Source: Octopus vulgaris
Lineage: Eukaryota
Assembly (NCBI GenBank): GCA_951406725.2
Contig: OX597814.1
Span: 131,192,001 to 131,256,000, forward strand
Direction of reading: 5' to 3'
Length of the DNA: 64,000 nt
This document shows positions 41,478 through 57,201 of the stretch, one piece after another. A program made the position numbers and the translations under genes. Below the pieces are notes generated by a model. That model was not told where the DNA came from, made no database searches, and was given only the letters and a program-made list of their open reading frames with translations. The first letter of the stretch is position 1, and each line of letters opens with the position of its first letter.

Positions 41478-43410
41478 CTCTTTCAAATATATTACATACA
41501 CACATACTCACACTGCCACTCACATGCATGTGTACATATATTCATGTAACTCTCTGTCTCTCTGTTTTCCTCCCTCTCTCACCCCGCCTCTCTTTCTTCC
41601 CTTGTTTCTCTCTCTCTCTCTCTCGCTCTCTTTCTCACTGCTCCTTTCTCCTACATTACTACAGGAACAGCGCATTCCCTCACTCTCCACTCACCCATAC
41701 ACATACACATAAATAACGGTTGGCACCACCGCCGCCACCATTACCACCACCATCACCACCATCCACCATCACCGCAGCCATCCCTACCATCGACACCTTT
41801 AACACATTTGCAACCATTTCACAGCCAATTTATAGCCGAGGCTATTATTTATCACCACCACCACGACCACCACCACGACCACCACCACGGCCACCACCAA
41901 CCAAAACAACAACAATAACAATGGATTCAGTGTATATCTGTTTTAATTGCTCCTACCGTTATTTACCGACTGCCACCACTACCCCCACTCAATCACCACC
42001 ACCCCACATGCCTTGTCTTCGCACCACTGCCATCCCTGCCATGCTGCCACCCACACGACAACATCAGCTCCAACGCAACCACCACTAACTACCGCCTTAG
42101 CCTTCCCTGGTACCCACATTACTACTATCACCCGCACCATAGCGCCACCACAACCACCATCACCACGACGACCTTCGCCATCACCATCATCATCGCAACT
42201 ATTACCAACACTACTTCGGTCGTCACCTCCTAGAACCATCCTCGCCACCATCCCCACCGCCAGCGACACCAACGCCACCACCACTATCACCATCAACGCT
42301 ACAATCATCACCACCATTACCACCATCACCACCACCACCACTGCCACCATTACCACCACCACCACCACTGCCACCATCACCACCACCACCACCACCACCA
42401 CTGCCACCATCACCACCCACTACCACCACCACTATCACTAACACCACGACCACCACAACCGTCACTATATACACCACCCCCATCACCAATACCACCACTA
42501 TCACTAACACCATGACTACCATTACCATCACTATCCACACCACCTCTATCACCACCACTACCACTACCACCATCACCACCTCCACTAGCACCACCACAAC
42601 CACCAACACCAGCAACAACAACAACAATACCACCACCAATGGCTACATCATTCATCAACAGCAGCACTATTGCGCTGCCCACCATCTACCATTGACCAAA
42701 CCATCCACATCACCCAACATACCACCAACACAGCTAACACCTAAACTGTCACACAAAACACAGAACCAACGAAGGTGCCTCTACGTGGTAATTTGACATT
42801 CTAGAAATAGCAGCTACATTTACGATTTTTATTAAATAATACTTTTAAAATGATCACGCTGGATGGCTTGGACATGGGTTTCGGGTATGTGGATAAAAGA
42901 CGGGATGGGCATTGTTGGAAAGCTTTTGATCAAGGCTGATATTGGTCTAAACAACAACAGCAGCAACAATAACAGCACCACCCTTTCAAGAAAGACATTC
43001 GGCATGTGATTGGAATTTATAATAGAAGGCCTTCACTGTCACCATCACCATCATCACCACATCCAACACCGCCAACACCATCATCATCACAACCACAACC
43101 ATCACCACCATTACTGCTACCACCACCATCACCATCATCATCACAACCACCACCACCACCATCACCACCATAATACCACCACCATCACCACCATCACCAT
43201 AACCACCAGCATCACCGCCACCACCACCACCAGCACCACCACCACAATCACCAACATCACCATCAGCACCACAACTACCACCACCACCATCACCGCCACA
43301 ACTATCACTAGCATTATCACAACCACCACCAATACGATCACCATCATCATCTTCACCATCACCGCCATGGCCACCACCATGCTGCTAGTACCTAAACTGA
43401 AACCACCACC

Positions 43411-43455
<45 letters not shown>

Positions 43456-43877
43456 GCTGCCGCTGCTACTACTACTACATCTACTACTACTATTACTACT
43501 AGAACTACTGCTGCTACTGCTACAACTACTAATACAACTACTGATGCTGCTGCTACTAATACTACGACCACAACTACAGCTACAACTACTACCGCAGCTA
43601 CTAGTACTGCTACGACTACAACTATAACTATAACTATAACCACCACTACTGCTGCCACTACTTCTACAACAACTACGATAGTTACTACTACCACCACCAC
43701 TACCACTACTGGTAGTACTACCACCACCCTACGCAATTACCTCTCAACACTACCGCCTCAACATAGACACCCCAGGTAACACCGAAGTCTTCGCAGAGAT
43801 CCTTGCCACAGCGAACAACTAAAACAAAAACAAATCTTCAAAAACATCGTTGTGCAGACACGTTTTAATGCTAACCA

Positions 43878-43926
<49 letters not shown>

Positions 43927-44337
43927 TCCGTACCTGCCTTCCTGCCTTCTTTCCTTCCTTCCCTCCTTCATTCATTCGTTCCTTCTTTCCTTTTTCGACA
44001 CCTCTCCTTCTCACCCTTGTTTCGCCGGAACGGAAGGAAACAATAACATCTACATGCTAATGAAGGGTAACTCACAACAACGGCTCCACCACCACACCAG
44101 AACCACAACCACCACAATCATAACCACAACCACCACCACCACAATCATAACCACAACCACCACCACCATCACCACAACCACCACCACTACCACCACCACC
44201 ACCACCACCACCACCACAACCATAATCACAACCATAACACCACCATCACCACCACCATCAACACTATTAGAATAACTACATCTATGACGAGCGCGTGTGC
44301 GTTTCTGTGTGTTTCTGTATGTATGTATGTATGTATG

Positions 44338-44384
<47 letters not shown>

Positions 44385-44389
44385 GTATA

Positions 44390-44433
<44 letters not shown>

Positions 44434-44697
44434 GTAAATGAGTGGAAATCGAACCTGTGTGTGTGTTAATTAATAAGGCATTAAAACGGAATGACTCTCT
44501 CCAGACAATAAAATGCATTTGTGTATGTCATGTCGAAAGAACACGAAGAGGATCCACCATAGTCATCAAATTAGCACCCTTTCTGCCCCACCACTCACCA
44601 GGTAGTGGGTGTTTAACCCAAGGTCGGTTATGATCGAGCAGACCAATGCTAGATCAAAGGCACTTCTAGCCTGCCTTGACCAGCCTACAGCAGCAGC

Positions 44698-44763
<66 letters not shown>

Positions 44764-45020
44764 TGGTGGTGGAGGTGGCGGTGGAGGTGGCGGTGGAGGT
44801 GGCGGTGGTGGTAGTAGTGGTGGTGGTGGTGATGGTGGTGGTAGTAGTAGTAGTAGTGGTGGTGGTGGTGGTGGTGGTGGTCGTCGTCGTCGTCGTAGTA
44901 GTAGTAGTAGTAGTAGAAGAAACTACTAAAATATACCCTTTCCTCCTCCGTTCATCGCCGAAACAAAGACGAACCTCACCGCCAACCGTAATATCTAAGA
45001 ACGAACTCACAGAACAACAA

Positions 45021-45070
<50 letters not shown>

Positions 45071-45299
45071 GCAGCAGCAACAGCAATAATAACAAGAGCA
45101 ACAGTGATAAAAGAAACGATAACAACACCAGCATCGTTAACGAAGAAGAAGACCAGCGATAAACGATCCCAAATATACGATACTAAACTTACGATAATTT
45201 ACTACTACGGTAGTAAATAAACAAAAAAAGTAAACCACTGCCACCAACACCATACTAGCGCTATTAGCTAAAGCAACAACTCTTAACTTCAACACCACC

Positions 45300-46200
45300 A
45301 CCACTACCATTATCACTATTAAATAAAACAACGCCACCACCAAGAATATGTACCACCTACACCAACAACAATAGCACCACCGCCGCCGCCGCCACCATCA
45401 CGGCCGCGACCACCATCACTATTGACTAAAACAACGCCACCACCACCAACCCACCATCACTATTAACTAAAACAACGCCACCACCACCAACAACAACAAT
45501 ACAACCACCCACCATCACCACCATCACTATTAACCAAAACAATGCCACCACCAACAGTAGCACCACCAACACCACCATCACTATTAACTAAAGCAACTCC
45601 ACCGCCACCAACAGCAATGCCACCACCACCACCAACACCATCACTATTAACCAAAACAATACCACCACCACCACCACCATCACTATTAACCAAAACAACA
45701 ATACCACCACCGCCACCACGGCCGTGACAACACCAATAACAATACCACCACCACCATCACTATTGACTAAAACAACGCCACCACCACCACCAACCCACCA
45801 TCACTATTAACTAAAACAACGCCACCAACACCAACAACCATACCACCACCACCACCACACCGCCTCCACCACCACGACCGCGACCACCAACACCACCATC
45901 ACTATTAACTAAAACAACGCCACCACCACCAACAGCAATGCCACCACCACCACCAACACCACCATCACTATTAACCAAAACAATGCTACCACCAACAACA
46001 ACAATACCAACACCACTATCACTATTAACCAAAACAATACCACCAACAACAACACCAATAACAATACCACCACTACCATCACTATTAACCAAAACAATGG
46101 CACCACTACCAACAGTAGCGCCGCCAATACCAACAACAATAACACCACCACCACCACGGCCGTGACCACTAACTCCACCATCACTATTAACCAACACCAC
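45300..46200. repeat. Degenerate minisatellite anchored on CCATCACTATTAAC(C/T)AAAACAA, ~14 units
   Basis: Anchor recurs at irregular spacing, mostly ~40-65 bp and up to ~100 bp. Confidence 0.85.
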
Positions 46201-46889
46201 CACCAACACCACCACCATCACCAACACCACCACCAGCACCACCATGAGCAGCAGCGGGAATTACAAGGCAACGAGAGAACCTTGAATAAATATCCCCCTT
46301 ACCGACACAATACTATATTAGAAAAAGGATACATTGCATGTCTTAGGTTCCCCTAATACAGGGGGCAAAACACGGGGGTGGTTACAGCTGGAATGCCTTT
46401 GATCATGTAAGCTATTCGTTGGTGGCTTTCCTGGGGTTAAACAATAGTATCTTAGAGCTCCGCTTACGATGGCTTGATATGCTAAAAACAACGACACGCT
46501 AAAAATAATTGTCAAAATTTCGTACCCTTCACATACTACCATCTTAAACCAGGAAGTCACATTAGATGTAGTTGTAAATATTTCTAAAATGACAGAATGG
46601 TCAAGGCTGGAACGCCTTTGGTCTTTCATAGGTCTGCTCGGTCATGGATGACCCTGGGCTACACAACAGCGACCTGGGGTAGATGGTTGCTTTACTCGCT
46701 AGAAATAGCAACGACGTTTTCATTTCATACTTGTATGAAATGTCGTGAGATGGGATGGTCACTATTGGAACTTGTTTGATTATAGCTCTTGCTCGTCCAG
46801 AGCAGCAACAACAACAAAGATGATGACGACGACGACTCCAACACCACCGCAACTATTTCAAGCACTATTACATCAACAGAACCACTATA

Positions 46890-47367
<478 letters not shown>

Positions 47368-47831
47368 AATAGGTACTACCACCTCCAGTAACAACAACAG
47401 CAATAATACGTAATTATGAATTGTAACGGCAACTACAACACGAATAATATTACGAAAATGATATTAATAACCTTCGCAACCAACACACCAACAACAACAA
47501 CGTCAAGAACAGCAACGTTTATAGCAATCACAACATCAAAACAAGAGCACTAACCACAACTCTAGTACTGCCACCGTCGACGGCACCACCGCCACCACCA
47601 CCACCACCACTGACAATAATAGCAACATCGACAACATCAGCAATAAGAAAACAAGCCATACCACGAACAACAACAACAACAACAACAACCACAGCGACGC
47701 CACTGCTACCTAAACGAGAGCATTAAATCGCACACCCTTAGTACTACACCACCACCACCCCCCGCCGTCACCGCTTACAATAACTAGCACAACCAACCAA
47801 CCACCACCGCTACCACCAACAACACCAACAA

Positions 47832-47863
<32 letters not shown>

Positions 47864-48268
47864 GCAACAGCACCAATCCAGTTATACTAACTTCACTCAC
47901 CCACCCACCCACGCCAAACCCGTCTTCCACCCCACCCCACCCCACCCCACCCCTCTATCAACAGCTAACCAGTAACAAGAACATTCGTTTCTGCCACCAC
48001 CACCACCACCATCAGCAAGCGACACCACCACCACCACCGCCACCATCACCATCACCATCACTATCACCAAGCGTTGCTGCTTTCTTCTTCTGCTTGGTTT
48101 ACTATTACTAATGTTAATACTATTATTATTACTATTACTATTACTCCTTTTAACGTTACTACTTGTTTACCTACGATTGCTATTTATCTTAATACCCTCC
48201 GCTCCTTTCCCGTTCTCTCTCATATATATTTAAATACATATATATTATCTATACACACATTTATAAAT

Positions 48269-48343
<75 letters not shown>

Positions 48344-48781
48344 CGTGTATGTGCGTATTTAGCTTTGTGTTCTTGGGTACACATAACATGCACTGAATAA
48401 TGGAGTTGAGTGCTAGTTATAGAAGCAAAATGATAATATTTATTATCAATGGTGGACTGTTTACGTGAAAGTTTCTCCGAAGCAGCCTTCTTTCAACAGC
48501 CTTGAGGAGCTAATATCGGCGAAACTACGAAGTAAACAGCCACCAGCAGGGGTGGGTCACTCTATGCATACATACATACGTACATACATACATACATACG
48601 TACATGCATACATACACGCACACAGATATATACGTATACGAATATACATACGTACATAGACTCGCATATACATGTGGCTGTATGAATGTACGTATGTATG
48701 AGTGTGTTTATAATAAAAAATGTATACGCTCTACTGTTTGAGGTTTTTTTTTTCAGCTGTTTCATTGCATAATTAAATCCT

Positions 48782-48821
<40 letters not shown>

Positions 48822-48856
48822 CATACATACATATATATACACACATACACACACAC

Positions 48857-48933
<77 letters not shown>

Positions 48934-49029
48934 CACATATGTATATACATATACATATAAAAATGTGTGTATATTTAAAAATATAAGCACATAGATTTTA
49001 TATATATATATATCAAAACTATATATTTA

Positions 49030-49378
49030 TATTTACTTGTTTTTTGAGCACGTCGACCCCAGGACTTATTCTTTGTAAGCCAAATACTTATTCTATCGGT
49101 CTCTTTTGTCGAACCGCTAAGTTACGAGGACGTAAACACACCAGCATCGATTGTCAAGCGATGTTGGGGGGGGGGGTGACAAACACAGACACACAAATAT
49201 ATGCACACACACACATACATATACATATATACGAAGGGCTTCTTTCAGTTTCCGTCTGCCAAATCCACTCACAAGGCTTTGGTCGGCTCGAGGCTGTAGT
49301 AGAAGACACTTGCTCGAGGTGCCATACAGTGGGACTGAACCCGGAACCATGTGGTTGGTAAGCAAGCTACATACCACA
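49030..49378 (-). mobile_element. SINE family B
   Basis: Homology to the other family B copies. Confidence 0.85.
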
Positions 49379-49566
49379 CACACACACACACATACACACA
49401 CACAGACACGCACACACATATATATACACACACACATATATATATTGTACACACATAAATTAATGTGTTGATATCCGAAGTTTTTTTTTCATTTTGTGTG
49501 CATATATATATATATATATATAAATGTAAGTATCTATATATATATATATATATATAAATTTAATTA

Positions 49567-49605
<39 letters not shown>

Positions 49606-50035
49606 GTAAGTATCTACATATGCGTATGTATATATGCATATATATATTATATCATATATATATATATATATAGTTTTGTTTTCTTTTCGTTTGACACGAA
49701 CGTGCCACACTCACGCACACACACACACAGACACACACACACAAGCAATTTCCCTGCTCCTCTCTCTATCTCTATCAATGTGTTTGTGTGTGCGTATCTT
49801 TCGCTTTCTCTCAATTCTTTCATACCAACCGATATATCGGAGTATACACACACAACACTACTTTTTTGGACGGTAAGCCAATTTCCATGCTTCATTATTA
49901 TCACCGTTATATTATTTTCATTATCATCAATTTTTTTTAACAGCTTTTATCGTCTCTATCTATATTCGTTTGTTGTTTTTCTTTGTATTGTAACCTCTAT
50001 TCCAAGTTTTTTTTCTGACGTTGTGTGTGTGTGTG

Positions 50036-50086
<51 letters not shown>

Positions 50087-51599
50087 GTATGTATGTATGT
50101 ATGTATGAAATGTGTGGATGCGTACATACATGTGTGTGTGTTTGTGTGTGTATGTGTGTCATTTATTCTATTGATATTTTGTACAACTTTAATCAAAGCA
50201 AAACGGATTCATTCATCGTCATCACCGCCGTCCTTGTGTTGTCTCTCTCTCTCATCTCCAGCCTTTTCATCACTCTTTTTCACTCATGTCGTATCTCTTT
50301 GTGTGTTTCTGCTTAAGAAAGAAACAAATACGAGTCGCTCATGTTGGGATGCACAACAACAACAACAACAACAACAACAACACAATAAAAAACTAAGGAT
50401 AAGAGTACAGAAGGGCAGCAACTGTTGCTCGCTGTGCTTAACCCAATCTTCACCATTCTTCGCAGCAAGTCCCACATAACGTAGGAAGCTGTGTATGAAC
50501 AAGAGAGAGAGAGGGGAATCTTGCTTACGCGGTCGCTCCGACTGGCTAGAAATAACAGTAAAATACCCCCTAAAAGTCACATATATAATGTATGACTTGT
50601 TTAGATTTAAAGGACATATTTGATAAGAAAGACTGCATGGGTTTAGCTGGAATGTAGATAGTTTTGAATGGGTCTCTTCAGTTAAGTTTAGTTTAGGGCC
50701 AGGAGCTAAACAACGATGATGACGATGGCGGCAGCAATACTAACAGTATCAACTCTATTGTCTTGAATAATGAATAAATCCCGCCGAAGTCAACTTCGTC
50801 TTTCATGCTTTGAGAGCAATATGGTGGGGGGGAGAGGTTGATAAAATAAAAGACCCAGTTAATGTTTGGTTGTGGTACTAAATGTTGCTTTAATATTTAT
50901 AGAAAGAAGACATCCTAAATGTGAATGGAATTATGGTAAGAATAAGAAAAAAAAACAGATACTGACATTAAAAGACTTTAAATGGATGGATCTTCTTTAT
51001 AATTTCGTTGGACCGAATTTACGGTTCTCTGTTAAGGGCAGGCAGACCTGGAAACGAAAGCCGAAAAGAAATTAAATATATAATAAACAGCAATAACATC
51101 CAATCCAACTTGCCTACGTGACTAGGTTTTACTCGTCTGGTGGGGAGGGTTGACCTGGGGTTAAACAAACAACAAAGGAAGCGATCCATCATGCAAACAT
51201 ACGCACACAATTACCACATCAGCAAACCGCCACCACCACCACCATCACTAGCATCATCAACATCGACACACTAGTGTTACGCTAGTAGAAGTAGTAGTAG
51301 CGGCGGCGGCGGTGGTGGTGGTGGTGGTGGTGGTTGTGAACCGACGCGGGAAGTCTGTACGCACGCATTCGCTCAACCTGCTAAAAATAACAGCTAAAAG
51401 AAAAGAAATTCTTCGAATCAAACTTCCCCCCCCCAAAAAAAAAATAAGAAAAGAAAAAGTAGAGAGATACACGTGTTCGTGGGTGCAAAAAACATGTTGA
51501 CTAGTGAAATGACGGGATGATCATGGTAGGAAAGTCTTGTCTGTCGATTCCCCGCACCCCCTGGTTGAGGGGGGTCTCCACCCTTTTTTTCAGAGTTTA

Positions 51600-51936
51600 A
51601 ACAACAACTACTGCTACTACGACTACCTCTGCTGCTGCTGCCACTACTACTACTACTACTACTACTACAACCGCTACTGTTAACTACTACTGCAACTACC
51701 ACTACTAGTACTATTGCTGCTGTTGCTACTACTACTACCACCACCACTAGCACTGCTACTGCTTACTATTACTACTACTACTACTACTACTGCTGTTAAT
51801 ACTACTATTACTACTACTACTGCTGTTACTACTACTACCACTGTAGTAGTAGTAGTAGTAGTAGTAGTAATAGTAAGCAGTAGCAGTGCTAGTGGTGGTG
51901 GTAGTAGTAGTAGCAACAGCAATAGTACTAGTAGTG

Positions 51937-51992
<56 letters not shown>

Positions 51993-52637
51993 TAAACATA
52001 ACCAATCGATTGCCTTTTTTATTTTTAAACTATTTAACATTACAAAGCAGTAACAACTGAGCGCCTTGTTCGTCGAGCATTTTATAGTTAAAAAAGATCA
52101 ACAGCAAAACGCTGGATTCTATTTGTCATAACAAAATAACCAGAACCACATCAACAAGCACAACAACAACAACAACAACAAACAATAATGCCGAGTGTTG
52201 AGGTTTGGCGGAAGTGAATAGAAAATCATTCACGGTAGAGTAATTTGTCAAAATACTATGGTTTGGGACACGTAATAGTAATGACACGTGATCTTGTAAT
52301 GGAGAGGAGGTGGCGGTGGTATTGATGGTGGTGGTGGTGGTGGTGGTGGTGGTGGTAGCAGTGGCGATAATATAAGCGGTAGTGCTTGTTGGCGGTGAAG
52401 GTGGTGGTGGTGGTGGTGGTAGTAGTAGTTGTAGTCGTAGTAGTAGTAGTAGTAGTAGTAGTAGTACTTGTAGTGGTGTTGGTAACGATGCTGGAGATGG
52501 TGGTGGTTGTCGTCATCGCAGTAGCAGCAGCAGTAGTAGTAGTAGTAGTAGTAGTAATGTTGGCGACCATGCTGGTGATGATGGCGGTTGTAGTAGCCAT
52601 CGTCATACAAATAATGATGATGATGGTGGTAGTAGTA

Positions 52638-52685
<48 letters not shown>

Positions 52686-52765
52686 CTAGTAGTTGCAGCA
52701 GCAGCAGCAGCAGCAGCAGCAGTGGTAGTAGTAGTAGTAGTAGTAAGCAGTAGCAGTAGTAGTCA
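51600..52765. repeat. (ACT)n/(AGT)n/(GGT)n low-complexity domain containing an inverted repeat
   Basis: Read directly. Confidence 0.9.
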
Positions 52766-53074
52766 ACATACCTGGAGATCCATGCTCTCTTTTCGATGTA
52801 AGGCCTAATCCTTCAAAAAGTTAATGTTTGGCGATATGAAAATACTGGAGAAGTTGCCCCTTCTATACGGGGACTGGGGCTGTTCAAATGATTTTCACAA
52901 TCATCGGAACAAAACTCTTTTACAGAGCCATTTTGGTTCTCAGCTCAAAAGGGAAGAAATCATTGTTTCTTGTCGTCCGAGCACTATGTAACATGTTTTT
53001 GGATTTCTAGACATGTCGATAAGGTCTATAAACATACAAACTCTGTGTGTGTGTATGTGTGTGTGTGTGTGTGT

Positions 53075-53138
<64 letters not shown>

Positions 53139-53530
53139 CTCCATATAATTGCTTGGAGACACTTGGCGTGTTATTAAAACCTATCTAGAAAGCATCCTGG
53201 CAGAAATGCTTAGGGGTATTTAGGGCGAAATGCTTAGGGGCACAGGCGAAATGCTTAGGGGTATTTCGCCTGTGTTTACATTTTTCACTTAAGGGCGGTG
53301 CTCCAGCATGGTCACAGTCAAATGACTGAAACAAGTAAAAGAGTAAAAGAGTATGAAACGATTAGAAAGCTCATAACTATATACTGTGTACATTAAACAA
53401 TATACATATATATATATATATATATGCATGTGTGCGTGTATGTATGTATGCATGTATGTGTGTATGTATGTGTGTGTAAGTATGTATGTATATATATGTA
53501 TGCAAATATGTGTGTGTGTGTGTGTGTGTG

Positions 53531-53678
53531 TTATTATTCAGTTTATTTCAAGATTTATTGCCAATAGAGAAAGAGCCGGTTTATAACCTAGATCCAAGGC
53601 TCCCTCATTGGATTTTCAGCAACAGGGTATTTTTGTATGTATGTATGTATGTATGTATGTATGTATGATGTATGTATG

Positions 53679-53709
<31 letters not shown>

Positions 53710-54260
53710 GTATGTTTGTGCCGATTTGTATGTTATATGTATGTATTCTCATGCATATAGTTACGTATCTAGACATGGTCATATATATTTAAATGATAAA
53801 CTTCTGGAGTGTTTTACAGGTTTCTACAGTCCCAGTGATGGATTGGATCTGTAGCCTTCGATTTAGCTTCCTCCTTTCTGGTTTTAAGAAGCCTAATTCC
53901 TCAAGATTGGTATTTAGGCAGTGTGTTGCATACCCCAAGGCCTCAAATGATTAGAGGTATAAACCTGAACTTGTAATCTGGATAGAGTAACTGCAGATTT
54001 CTCAACAGTTCAGTATAGGTGTTCTCTTTTTCACTGATCTTCACCTTTATGGTAACACTTTATGTAAGTATGTATGTATGTATGTATGTATGTATGTATG
54101 TATGTATGTATGTATGTATGTATGTATGTGTGTATGTATGTATGTATGTATGTATGTCATTATTCAGTTTATTTCAAGATTTCTTACCAATAGAGAAAGA
54201 ACCGGTTTCTAACCAAGATCCGAGGCTCCTTCATTGGAATTTCAGCATCAACAGGGTATT
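53531..54260 (-). mobile_element. Two tandem 3' fragments of the R4/Dong LINE separated by (TATG)n
   Basis: 53531-54060 and 54157-54260 are reverse-complement homologs of 12584-13080. Confidence 0.88.
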
Positions 54261-54268
54261 ATATATAA

Positions 54269-54407
<139 letters not shown>

Positions 54408-54835
54408 ACATGTGTGTGTGTGTATATATATATATGTGTGTGTGTATATGCATATATACATACATATATACATATATACAAACATACATATATAATGTAT
54501 GTATGTGCGTGTGTAAATATATATATGATATATACAGGCTGTGTAACGTGTGTGCGTGATTTTATAACTATCTATCTGTCTGTCTGTCTGTCCATCTCTC
54601 TCTCTCTCTCCCCCTCTCTCTCTCTCTGTATATACATACACTCACATATACATACATATATGACTATTTTTCATGACTTCGCTTCTGTGATTTGGTCCTG
54701 AATTATTTCAACCTCTTCCAATATCTAATCTGTTGCATTGAGGCAGTCTTCCTACTATAACAGTATTGGATCAGTTCAACAATGTAACGTGTGTGCATGA
54801 TTTTATAACTATCTATCTGTCTGTCTGTCCTTCTC

Positions 54836-55228
54836 TGCGCAGGAGTGGCTCTGTGGTAAGTAGCTTGTTTACCAACCACATGGTTCCAGGTTCAGTCCTA
54901 CTGCGTGGCACCTTGGGCAAGTGTCTTCTACTATAGCCTCGGGCCGACCAAAGCCTTGTGAGTGGATTTGGTAGACGGAAACTCAAAAGAAGCCCGTCGT
55001 ATATATGTATATATATATATATGTGCGTGTGTGTGTTTGTCCCCCTAGCATTGCTTGACAACCGATGCTGGTGTGTTTATGTCCCCGTTACTTAGCGGTT
55101 CGGCAAAAGAGACCGATAGAATAAGTACTGGGCTTACAAAAGAATAAGTCTTGGGGTCGAGTTGCTCGATTAAAGGTGGTGCTCCAGCATGGCCGCAGTC
55201 AAATGACTGAAACAAGTAAAAAAAAAAA
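54836..55228 (+). mobile_element. SINE family B, full length
   Basis: Homology to the other family B copies. Confidence 0.9.
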
Positions 55229-55599
55229 TGTCTCACTACGATAACTGAGAGCCATAGCCCAGTCCAGACAGCTAAGAGAAACATCCTCCACAGGACCAAC
55301 ATGGCGGCTGCCTATTCTTTTCTTCTCAATAATTTCAGTCTCCATCCAACTTAGTCAACTTACACATTGTTGCCATGTTAGTAATATACGCATGGAATGA
55401 TAAATACGTAATTACTTATATTGATTCTCATATTACATACTCATTCTGATTCTCGGGTCGCAATCTCTCCTGACCGCTTGTATTCTGATAGCGATGTTGT
55501 TGTGATAAGGGATCATCATTTGAAAATAACCAACGCTAAATCGCTAGTACTCCTTCAGTTCATTTATGTATTGCATTCATGTCCCGTTGTAGGTTTACA

Positions 55600-56350
55600 A
55601 TATTACCAATGTTCTTGTTAGTGGTAGCTTTACTAGTGAAAATGGTTATCCCTATCAACAACTGAGGGCATGTCCGAGAGACTAATCGCAATAGCAATGG
55701 TCCTAGTACTTTCAACAGTGAAGGGGGGAATCCACTTATAATTAATGTGTTCTGTAAGAAAGAACCATTGGCTGCAGTTCTTCCAGTTACTCGATATGTC
55801 GCAGTTTAATAATTGAGTAATTGTTTCAATATCTAGTCATATTGTTATATAGTAGCTGTGTAAGGCAGCTTCTTCCTGGAAGGAAGCCTTGCCGTGTGTG
55901 AGTAAGCGAGTAATTTTCTTCTAGGAACATCTAACAATGCGTTGCATGACTTTTTTTGCATGAAGTCAGAGAGATAGGTCCATAAATTTCAGTATCTGGT
56001 TTCTTTTCTCCAGTAAAGATGAACCATATCATACCTTCTTGTAACTGTTTGGGAAGTTTACCACCTGCAAGGAAGCCTTGAAATATATCTGCAGCGGTTC
56101 TACTAGAGTCTTGAGTGTATTTAAAAGAACTGCTGTGAAAACATCAGCGCAGTGTTTAAGCTCATTTTAGATATGGGCCGAAATTGCATCCTCCTGTACG
56201 TCGAAAGAGGCGATAGTTACGGCTTCCCTGTGTAAAGCCAGTCTATAGCTTCGTAGAAATCATCTGGTTTACTTATTTGAATGCATCCCAACAGGAGGCG
56301 AAGACACTTTGGAGCTGTTCATTCAATGTTTCATTTATCCATTTGGAATC
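55600..56350 (-). mobile_element. Degenerate APE-type (CR1/L2-like) LINE RT fragment
   Basis: Minus strand: ETLNEQLQSVF, PLQIYFKASLAGGKLP, YGPISLTS, RQGFLPGRSCLTQLL, VLGPLL; many disablements. Confidence 0.75.
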
Positions 56351-56379
56351 TGCACTCAGTGCAATGTGTGTGTGTGTGT

Positions 56380-56412
<33 letters not shown>

Positions 56413-56442
56413 GTGATGTGTGAGTATGTGTATATATGTATA

Positions 56443-56512
<70 letters not shown>

Positions 56513-56557
56513 TATCTATATATACGTATATAGATGTATGTATATATATATATATAA

Positions 56558-56591
<34 letters not shown>

Positions 56592-57201
56592 ATGTATATG
56601 TATGTATGTATGTATGTATATATATGTATATATATACACATACATACACACACACTCACACACACACATCAGCTATATTGTTACACTTGTTTCTCTTAGT
56701 GCCAGGCATGGAGCTTCATCGCATACGTCAATGTCTCTCTCATGTGGAATTATCTTTCATTAAGTTATAAGAAGCTCATGATATTCAGCACTAGAATCGG
56801 GATAATATTCGGGCAGACGTCAGTAGTAGCCACCATGGGTCTTTTATTTGTAACGCCTTGTGTGTAGGTATGCATGATTTTGGCTCCCCACGCACAGGCG
56901 TAAACCACACACACACACACACACTATAAGGTAGTATGGTTAAGAAGTTCTCTTTACAACCAATTGGTTTGGTTTCAGGTTTAGCACCACTGCGTGGCCG
57001 CTTACGCAAGTATCTTCTGCTATAGCCTAGGATCAACCAAAGCCGTATGAGCGAAATTAACCAGACAGAATCTGTATGGAGGCCTCTCGTATGTGTGTCG
57101 TCCTTAGTTACAATAATGCTTATGTCCTTTAACATAGAGGTTTATGAACTTGAGCTTGATGAAGTAAGTACCACACTTAGAAACAAGTATTATGGTAAAT
57201 A

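Noticed and set aside
45300-46200. Repeat-spacer appearance suggestive of a CRISPR array
   Set aside because: Eukaryotic context, spacers are related low-complexity sequence of variable length, no cas genes
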